Shown here: piece by piece, positions 54,294 through 64,000 of the stretch
Layout of the letters: each line of letters begins with the position of its first letter
Numbering within the stretch: the first letter of the stretch is position 1
Assembly (NCBI GenBank): GCA_047495785.1
Contig: JBLDXI010000029.1
Span: forward strand, 1,426,001-1,490,000
Reading direction: 5' to 3'
Length of the DNA stretch: 64,000 nucleotides
Origin: Lepidodermella squamata
Lineage: Eukaryota; Animalia; Gastrotricha
Translations under genes and position numbers: made by a program
The notes under the pieces: generated by a model
Databases searched by the model: none
The model's input: the letters and a program-made list of their open reading frames with translations, nothing else
What the model was told of the DNA's origin: nothing

Positions 54294-57092
54294 ATGATTT
54301 ATAAGATTTTTGCTCTAATTTTTACGGCCTCCGTAGCTATCAAGCAGGCAGCAAGCTTGAAGGTTGATATAAACGCGACAATGCCAAACCAAGTAACATC
54401 ATCGGCCTTTGGCAGTGATTCAACTCGACATGATGTGCTATCGATATCGGCTTCTATCAACTACGGCGGCTTCATATTCCCAATAGGCGGAATCTGTACA
54501 AAATCTATGGAGATAGCTTTAGATAGACTAAGAGCCCAGGAAAATTGGCTTAAAGGCTATGAGATGATTGTGGATTTGATCGACGATGAGGTTTAACTGA
54601 TCCTTAAAACCTTTAGTCCAATCTTAATAACTGTTTTTTTGAAGTGTGACGATGCTAAAACCATCAGCCAAGCGGTTTCAAGGATGAGCAATGGAGACAA
54701 TCCGGGCACGCGATTACCAATCATACTAACATCTATGTGTTCGTCGAAAGGACTTTTCTCAACAGCTTCACTGGCAAAGTATTACAACTATACCGCCGTA
54801 TGTTTGTAATCAGACGCAATCATTTCCTAACTATTTTCCCACGCTAGTTCTCAATAAATCAGGTTCCCGAATTGTCAAGGTACAAGCACCGCGATTCTAT
54901 ATTCCCGCTAGGTGAACAATCCGGTTCGATTTACATCGCAATGGCTCGATTCATGCAGAAAATTGGCTGGTCCCGCATAGCGATAATCTCCGAGCTCTAC
55001 GAATATTTCAATGCTGTTGATCGAGATGTTGTCGAAACCATGGAGCGGAACAACATCACTATCGTATGGATGGGAAAGTTATCATTCACACTTCAAGGCG
55101 AGCAAGAAATCCGAGGGACGTTCGAGGAAATGGCTAAGCGAGAACCTCGCATCATAATGATCAATTCCAACTCAGTTGTTGCAACGGCATGCTGGCTGCA
55201 TAGATTCGGCTTCGTCGGATCGAACTTTGCATTCTTCCTGGATCAAGGGGCTTATTTCGACCCTGTCTCTGTAAAAATACCCGATTCGCAGAAATCATGG
55301 TGTTCTGTTGCTATGGTGATAGAGGCGAGTTTGTTGCTTTATTTGCTAATTCTTAGTCACATGCCGTATCAGGTTTCAGAGAGTATGTTCTTTTTCGGCG
55401 ATTCTACCATGGCGGCCATAAATGGAGGAGATTCCATGATGGATTCAACTGGGCTGAGATATGGCGATTATTTGAGTGCTTTGTCAGAAAAGCTCAAAAA
55501 CCCGGAGAGTAACCCGGCTTGGTTTTACTGGCGAACCATGTGCTATGATCAAATCATTTACATTGGTAGTGTTCTCAATGCTACGGAAAATCTCCTGAGA
55601 GAAGAACGTGAGAAATTTCGACTGATTTCTTGATTTGATATCTCTAATTTTCACCAACTTGTTTTGCAGGCAATCTAACAATCAAGGAAGCCTTAGATGG
55701 CCACGTCGACTTCCCGGCATTGCTGAGAAGAGCTATATTCTACGAGACTCCCCTAATTCAAGGTTTCAAAGGCGAATATCAATTTGAGGCAGGAACAATG
55801 AAAAACACAAAAGGCTTCTCGCCAATCACTGTGGCCCAAATTCAGCGTACATCATCCAAACAGAGATTTGACGCGCCAATAGTGGCGTATTACAAATCAA
55901 ATGATAAACTGGAGAATATTAAAATGTTAAAGGAAAATAAGATACTATGGCGAACTATCGATGGGCAACCACCATTGGACAAGACGCAGGTAATCATCTT
56001 ACAACAGCCTGCGTTCTCATTGCTCCAATATGCCGTATTAGCCAGTGAGTCAGACTTTGAACCATTCATAATTTTCCTTTTGGGAACCTTATTAACAGGC
56101 ATCTCAGTTGCTGGGCTTCTTCTTACCGCCATAGTTCGTTTAATCATCAACTTGACGCCGCGAATTGATCGCATGAGGAAGTTTAGCTATTCCGTGGCGA
56201 TACTTGGCAGTGTTTTGTTGCTGGTGTCACCGCTTTGCCTGCCACTTCACAAGGGACCCAACATCGTAGGAAACTGTGTGGCTGTATCTACTCTCATCTT
56301 CGCTGGTTTAACAATTTCAAACGTAGGCGTGGCGCTTAACGTCATGGCGGTGGCTGCGGAGCAGAATCGGAAATCCGCGACCGCACGCTTTTTAAGAGGT
56401 TTTGATGATTGCTGATAAAAGCGATAATCCGAGAACGGCGGTTATTGTTCTGATTCCGTGGTTGTTTCTACATGTCTCACTCTATGCTGCGTGGCTAGGT
56501 ACAGAACCTCCAGGGGTTTCCTCTTCCTCGAGGATGACTGCTCCTCGAACTTCGAGTACTGCCTATCAATTGACAAGTTTCCAGTGTAACTTCGTCTATC
56601 AAAAGGTCGGTAGTAAAATATTTATGGCCATTCTTGCGGTGTCGGAAATCGCAATTATTCTGAGGACGCTATTGAAATCGGTTAAACTTGTGAGTGATAC
56701 TAATTTTGGAATGTTAACATTTGTTTTATTTCCGTATAATTATCAGGTTAGCGGTGGAGCATTCGCTTTGAAAATTAGATTCTACTCGCAAATATCGGTA
56801 ATTGGAGCTACAGTTTTGATAGCGCTGTTGTTAGCCAATGAACAGAGAAATATACTGCTGGCTGTAATCAGCGCCGGTCTTACTATCGCATACATGAATG
56901 TAACGTGCATTTTTCTCGGTTCTGGGTGAGTTTTTCGGTAGATTTTTGTTATAGCTGTTACAGTTGGATTCTTACAGGATGAAGCAAACATTGCTTCATA
57001 TTCGTGACTCGTTGAGACGCGGCACTAGATTCGGAACTTCTCAATATCATGGCAGTTTGGATCAGAAACAAGTAAAAAAGCCGGGAAAGTAA
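54294..57092 (+). CDS. Class C (GABA-B-like) GPCR, intron-containing, divergent
   Basis: Signal peptide, WLKGY...DDE|CD, GWSRIAII, EPRII, CYD, WRTIDGQPPLD, TM region; short introns at 54591-54644, 54798-54847, 55325-55372, 55608-55669, 56045-56098 and two more near 56690 and 56926; one frame change near 56360-56430 is unresolved. Confidence 0.8.
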
Positions 57093-57774
57093 AATATAAA
57101 CTCTATTATTTTAAATAATTCGGCCGATAATTCTCAGTGTTGCGCACTCATTTTTTACCTAAACAGTGTAACGCAAATAAAGAAAATTCACGGAAAATGG
57201 TTCAGGAATGAACGAAAAAGTAAAAAAATCACGTGGATATTGATCAATTATGTCACTCGTTAATGGGATTAAAAAATTCCGGAGAACTTAGGTCCAACCG
57301 GGTAAAATACCGAAAATTACCGAGCCAGTTGCCATCAGGGTTTTTCGGGTTTTCTCTGGTAAATTCTGTATTTCTTCGGTAAAATCGCGCATAAGAGATG
57401 GAAGAATATTCTCTCGGTACTCGGTAGGTTCAATTAGTTCAATTTCTTGCAAAACATTACCGTATGGGACACGCTGCTTTATGAATTTACCTTTGCAGCA
57501 AAGAAAACGGTGAAATTTCATGCTTCAGTGATTTTATTTTTTCCTTCATATTTTCGAGAACGGCAAATGGTTTTATCAAACATGCAAAAATGGCAGATAT
57601 TCCATCAAAAATAGTTCAACTTATTCAACATAAAAAAGGCGAGGTCTATTAAATATCATTAAGCGGGGCTCCAAAAAAAAACAAAAACAAGAATAAATTG
57701 ATATTCTCCTCAAATGTGAGGTTAAAGGCAAGATTTGATAAAATTTTTAGGTAGATAATTAGACCAAGCTGTTC

Positions 57775-59887
57775 CTATTTTTTCCCTAGTTGGCCCTGGG
57801 TATTTGCATTCGCCGCTTCAGTTCTGAATGTCGTGAACAGCACGCTCAACAGACCGTGAAATTTCATCCACGTCGCGCAGGTCGGGCACAAATTACTTGT
57901 CGTCACGGTGCCGGATAATTGCGTCGATAAATTCGCACCAGATTTCGACACAGGTGGCGAGGATGGTAGTTCAGCCAGCGGCGAAGAATCTTCATCTGTA
58001 GCCGCTAGAGAACTGCTACTAGTCGAATTCCCGGTTTTACCCGAAGTTTCGGAATTCTCGGAATTTTTAGCCGGCGACGTTCCGGTTGAATGCGTCTTCT
58101 CGAGTGCTTGCTTTTTAAAAGCCCCCGCCATACCGCCGCGGTGGTTGTGCAGTATAGCGAATCGGTCCAGGATGACTTGCATGAAGATGCCGAATGAAAG
58201 TAGCATGTACTCGACGGGCACGTTGTAGCCGGCGTGACTCAGCATCAGCTTTTGAACGTAGGAATTTAAATAGTCGATTTTGTCGAGGCGCAGCAAACAC
58301 CGTTCGATTGCATGCATGAAAGTGACACCCTCTATATCAGGGAAATTATTACGTGAAATTTGTGATTTTTAGGAAATATATTACGGTTCATCAGCTCCCA
58401 TTCGTCCCCGGTTCGGATAGGTCGATTCGGGCTGTTCCGGAAAACTTCGAGAGTTTGAGGTAGGCACGCGATTAACCTGAGGAAAATTAAAAATTTCATT
58501 AAGAAACAAATCCTTAAAACTTCAAGAGCGCAACAATTTCATTACTGATTTTACTGACGAGCCCGGAAAAAACCCGATGACCACTGGTTTGGTAATTACG
58601 GGTATTTTACCTGGTTGTACCCGACTTCTAAGGATTATTTTTCCCCGTTGAAGAACCATTCTCGAGGCATTTGGAATTATTGCTGGCCAAGGGATCTCAT
58701 TTTGGACTTTCTGCTTCCTTTTCCGTGTATTTTCTTTCGTGGCATAATTTCAGAAAAATTTCAGAAAAATAGGAAACGTTTTGAATTTTCTGAAAATCGA
58801 ATTCTGAACATTTGTGGGGTTTCGAGATTTTTCACTAAACTTGGGAAATTAAAATTAAAATTTTCTAAAAAAAATAAAACTAAAGGAAAATAAGATAAAA
58901 AAGCGTATACCAGAGGTGGGGTTCGAACCCACGCGGGATTACTCCCATCAGATCTTAAGTCTGACCTCTTAAACCACTCGAGCACTCTGGTTGGGTGATT
59001 CAGCGACTCTAAAGTTGCTTCCTGAACACACGTTCATTCAACCACATCAAGGTACATCAGGGTCCAGAGGTCAAGGTCAAGGTTCTGATGGAACCTTAAT
59101 TGAAGCCCAATATTCTACTTTACGAAACCTAAAATTGACAACAAATTTACGGGGTGTTGGAACCTTCGATATCTCTAAATTAAAATTAATTATACTAATT
59201 AAATACAATGATTGTAATATCAAATGAAATGAATATTGAATGAATGGGCTTTGTCGAAGACTTAATTTAGGGTCCCAACTCGCATTGAACCTTTCTCACC
59301 CTTGAGCTTTGAAATTTCAAATTCTCAATGCCTTCGGATTTTTAATTTGATTGTTCCTAATGGTATCTAAATTTCACGAGGCTTTGAAAATCTTACTTTT
59401 GCATAACAGCCAGGCCGATTTCCTTTGAATCCTTGATAAAGGGCGAGAAGGACTCGCGCAACAGCTGTATTTCATCGTTGGAAAACGCAACCGGCAACAA
59501 CATGCTAAAATATCGATTGTTGCCCAGAGTCGTCAACCGCTGCCTCGTGCTATTACTGTCGCCGCCAGACGCCGACGATGAGGACGATATGTTCAGCGAA
59601 GCGGATAACTGATCAGACGACTCAGGAATCGCCGCACCGACAGAAGCTAGCGACGATATGCCACCGGCAGTAGCCGGCGCTGTTAATAGCACATCGATCG
59701 ACGACGAGCGACCAATTTTGTCGAGTGAGCATTTTTTAGCGGCCAGCGCCGCACGAGCGTTCGAAGACGAACTTGCCGCCATGGCTGCTTTCACATAGAG
59801 GCCATGCCGTGGAAAACTCAGCCGTGTCTTCTCATCTTTCTTACCGTTATTCGAAGACCTTGCCGTGCCAGGCGACTGAATATTCAT
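57775..59887 (-). CDS. Globin 2 with Ser/Ala-rich N-terminal extension and long G-H insertion, 3 exons
   Basis: FSNDEIQLLRESF; B12.2 intron; LIACLPQTLEVF; second intron splits the CAG codon giving WELMNQGVTFMHAI; LMLSH (His F8); TWMKF. Confidence 0.85.
58908..58991 (-). tRNA. tRNA-Leu(TAA)
   Basis: Reverse complement ACCAGAGTGCTCGAGTGGTTTAAGAGGTCAGACTTAAGATCTGATGGGAGTAATCCCGCGTGGGTTCGAACCCCACCTCTGGTA: acceptor stem, anticodon stem TCAGA/TCTGA with TAA, long variable arm, GTTCGAA T loop, downstream T-run Pol III terminator. Confidence 0.95.
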
Positions 59888-60560
59888 GATTATTTAAAAA
59901 TAAACATAAAAAAATAAAACAAAAATGTCAGCACTCGTGTATATCGATATCGTGGGAAAAATCGTGAGATTTGGTCACGCTTGAGTGATTTCGCGTAAAA
60001 ATCGAAATTACATCATGGAATTCATGTATATCGAGTGTCAAATTTGTATACAGTGTACATCATGAGTGATCGAGGCTAATAAAAAAAGCTTTGTACATTG
60101 CGCGCCGACCTGTTTTTTTTATTGCTATCTGCGCGCACTTTCGATTTTTTCCCATTACGCACATTCGCAGCCGGCGCGACATTATTATTGAGCCGATATA
60201 ATCCATCGATGCGCGACGTGGCGGAAATGTAGCAACTTTTTTTTTCTGAATATAAGCACTTTGCTCGCGGTTGCATATCGATACATTATTAGAGCATAGC
60301 GGCAAGTGCTTTCAGACTAAATTAATACTCAACGAATCGATCATCGGGATGTCAGGAAAAATTGAAACTCTATCGTTCATTCAACTCAATCAAGAGCGGA
60401 AACATTAGAGAAAATTAAAGGAAATTCATTTAAAAAAATCCGCCTTAACTAATTTTTTCCCAATTTATTTTCCAAATAAATTCGTATTATTTTAACATTT
60501 TACAACATGGATACTATATTATAGAAAAAAATCGAAAAATAAATATAGTCAGCAGACTAG

Positions 60561-61621
60561 TTAATTATTATTGTTGCTGCAAGCAATCATCGGCGTGATA
60601 AGCATCATGAATCGTCGCCAACTTGAGCGAATTTCATCCGGCGTAAATTGGCTGAGTTTTTCCAACAATTCGTCATTCGACGAATTCATCTGGCAAGCTT
60701 TTCGCTGCAGGATAAACGTGACTATAACGCTCTCGAAAATGAGCAGCGATCGCGCCATTTCTTGCGGCGTGATTGAGAAATACTTCGAGTGAGCTTCCGT
60801 CAATTTGCTGCCATAGCTTCGCAGCAGATCCGGCTGGGAGACGCGCGACAAAAAACGTTCGAGGCCGTTGAGGAACATGACGCCTTGGTTCATTAGTTCC
60901 CAATTCGATGGGCCTTGATTGTCTATTTTTGGCACGTGGCGAAATTTATCAATCAATTGGGGCATATCCTTGACCATTCTGAAAAATCCAAGAATTAAAA
61001 AAATGTGAACAAAATTGGAAAAAAAAATTAAAGGTAAAATGAATGTTTCTCAAATTCCTAATTAACTGAAAATTTTTTAATTAAAATTTCATGAAAATTT
61101 TGAAAAAATATTTTCTCTTCAATTTGGGTAAAACTAAAATTTGAACTTTTTTGCAACTTTTTAAAAAATTTCCAAATTTACATGAAATTTTACAATTGGC
61201 TCAAAATCTCAAAAAAAACTTTAAAAAATGTTAAGGGTTACAAATTTTTGAATTTTTTGAATTTTTATGAAAATTCAGTTTTTGAATTAAAATGTTTTCT
61301 TGCCTACCTTTCCATGCCGTCAAGGCCCAGTTCAGGAGCCTGCTCTTTGACTAGGTCCAATGTGACCTGCAGCAGCTCGATTTCACGCTTCGTTAGCGCG
61401 ACCTGAACCTGCGGCAGCCGAGCGGCGCCGAAATCGTCCAAAGCCAGCTTTTTCATGGTTTCAAAGTACTCGCTTTTGACGTAGGCTAGCGAAGAGCGTC
61501 GCCTAGGGTGATCCATGTTGATTCCGCCTACAACACTGTTGCGATGGCTGCAAGTTCCAAACTCGGTTCCGCATGAAGAGTTCGTATCGTCGTCGGTATA
61601 GGCCGAATAGCAGCTATCCAT
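60561..61621 (-). CDS. Globin 3, 2 exons
   Basis: LTKREIELLQ; B12.2 intron (AG|A); MVKDMPQLIDKF; WELMNQG (Gln E7); LTEAH (His F8); SWRRF. Confidence 0.85.
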
Positions 61622-62850
61622 CGTGCAAATGATCTCGAAAATGTTGTCTGATCTACTGGAGAGAAAAAATGTGTCTTAACGCTGTTTTAATCAATCTGAT
61701 TCTACGTCATATCACGGGGTTGAAAGGTAGTAGGCAGATTTTATCGTGATTAATTTTTTTGAAATTCGAAAAATTCATCTAATGAGAACATGAGTAATAA
61801 CGCGTGACCTTGATCAACTTCCGCAATTAAAATTAGGTTGGAAATAGCGGCCAGGTTATTTGGCGGTACAAAATCCAATTTCCGAAAATCCGGAATTGAC
61901 GCTCAACTTTTTCGAAGATGTAAGACCTGCTCCTTCGAGAAAAAGCTATACTGATGGACAAATTGTCATGTGTTATGAGCGTTCAAAGTTGATATTATTT
62001 TTTCGCGCATGTCTAATAACTGTGCGCACTCACGCTTTTTTTCATCATTGACGCGCGATGCGTGCAGTAATTGGCTGGGAAAAGGCACGCGCTATAGCAA
62101 AACGACAGCCTACGTCGGGCACTTTTATTTATAGCCGGCTTAATTTCACTGCGCCAGACTACGCTTGATAACGTGACTTATTCAGGTGCGGCAAAATATG
62201 TTCAAGAAAACACGCGTTTCTCAGAGCGAATGGATAATTATGAGACTATTTCAATGAAAAATCTTGTGTTTTTCTACTCGATTGAATTTGACAGCCGATC
62301 AATGTTTGATTTGAGACGACAAGCTAAAATGTATGATTTCTTTGCCCCATTTCAATCGACATTTGAACGACAATCCTAAACAATCGTCTGTGTTGAAACT
62401 ATACCTACTGCGGTTGAGAGAAAATGTATGCTATGATGAACCAGCAGCTGATTTATGTATTTATTCATCTAACTGCGTTTGCTCAACAAATTCTGAAACT
62501 TGAGCGGGCTGGATGATCCTGATTTTTCGGCAAAATCTTGAACATTTCTAAACTGTCCCAAATTTTGTTCGGCTTATCTTGGAAATTTAACGCGTAAATT
62601 TTACCACTCGATACGGCACTGTGAGTTTCAAGATTCTCTCTAGAATTTGAAAAGGCTTATTCGTGAATATCTAAAATTTTTGGTTCCGCAAGACCCTGGG
62701 AAATTCGGTTCGAAAAAAATTGAGGTAAAATTATTAGGCGGTTTAGTAAAACTTCAATAAGCTACACGATTCCTACAATTCGAAGGAGGACTTGCAATAG
62801 GATAGATTTTATTTGGTCATTAGCATAATAATATATTCAAATATTACAGA

Positions 62851-63047
62851 CAGGGATGTGATCGAAAGAAAAGTGCAAACTTTGAGTCTTAAAAACTTTT
62901 GAATGGGTGATCCTGGAGGACCAAATTTTCTACCACAGGTGGCACATAGGTATGGCTAACCCCAGTTAAAATTTGGCTGTTATCGGGTAGTTCATTGTTG
63001 CGTAACAATAATTGCAAATTTACACTTTTCCTTTGATCACATCCCTG
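62851..63047. mobile_element. 197-bp MITE (hAT-like ends), copy 2
   Basis: CAGGGATGTGATCGAAAG...CTTTGATCACATCCCTG; colinear with 42832..43028. Confidence 0.85.
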
Positions 63048-63350
63048 AGAGAATCACAAAATAAAATAAAAAATCAGTATCTTCACGGCATAACACGGCT
63101 TTTGTCGCATAACAATACTTCATATTATAGCAATTAGCATTACACAGTCCTATCAAGTAAACTCACTACTTGGCATAACCTCTGTCGTCACGGCCAAGAA
63201 AGACTGAGGACTATAGGCTATAGGTATCATACCATTGAACTTAATTTCAAAAAGTCACTGGTAACTGGTGTATAACATAAATAATTAGTTATTAATTCAA
63301 ATCAGTATCCAATACACAAAAACGACATAAACTTCGAAGAAATAGCATCT

Positions 63351-63824
63351 TCAGGGCAAATTTTTCTTGTACCAAAACTTGAGTATCGTGCCAGCCAAAT
63401 CGCGCTCAGCATTGTTCTGAATTTGAACAGATCCAACCTATCATAATTATTAAATGATTAGGTACTATTTATTAATTTTTTCAACATTTCATTCAAATTC
63501 GAGATAAAACCGGGTGATTTCTAAAATCAGCCAGCAAATAATATGCAAGTTTCGAAATTTCGTTTATCTGTAATTCTTTAATTTCTCGAGATAATGTATT
63601 GGGTATCTATCAAAATTACCGAATCAAATGTAGTGAACGGCATAGATTCCGGCGAAAAGGCAGGGGTCGAAAGATTGGCGGTAAGCAACGACATGTTGCG
63701 CGTCAAATCGTCAGCCATCGGGCTAGCAAGGCATTGCCGATAGACCTTGATACTGTTCGCGTTCGCCCACCATTTGTCATGCGCGAAGCAAAAATCAATT
63801 GCGTCGTCAATTGTGACGAGAACC
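63351..63824 (-). CDS. Probable last two exons of a gene starting beyond the window
   Basis: AG|63824..63620|GT open (VLVTIDDAIDFCFAHDKWWANAN...FDS) and AG|63437..63351 open to TGA (VGSVQIQNNAERDLAGTILKFWYKKNLP); phases are compatible; no domain recognised. Confidence 0.45.
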
Positions 63825-64000
63825 CTTTGAAATATAGAATATATCCTACACCTTTACAAAATTTGCGGTGAGCGGAACCAAATCTGCTTGTTGCTAGTAG
63901 GAGTTGCTTTTTAAATAATTCTACGAATTCGAGGCGAAGCATGAGTTCTGAATGGAACACACAGTCTTTTAGAGAATGATACGCTGAATTTCAGTCATTT

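Overview
Eukaryotic (very likely invertebrate animal) nuclear DNA with a compact gene layout and short (about 40-70 nt) GT-AG introns; the species cannot be identified from sequence alone. 1-41 kb holds a cluster of seven intronless GABA-B-like class C GPCR genes (signal peptide, Venus-flytrap/ANF domain, 7TM, no cysteine-rich domain). They form two subfamilies that segregate by strand; one gene runs off the window edge and one is disrupted by a hairpin insertion. Four members of an unrecognised intronless protein family ('RYDL(I/L)G' motif) are interleaved with them, along with a spliced EF-hand/WD40 gene and two small spliced secreted-precursor-like genes. 41-46 kb is dense in non-autonomous DNA transposons. 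It is followed by a three-finger KLF-like gene, three divergent globins (Gln at E7, B12.2 intron, long extensions), an intron-rich eighth class C GPCR between globins 1 and 2, and a tRNA-Leu(TAA) inside a globin intron. All alignments, splice calls and family assignments were made by eye; no database searches were run.
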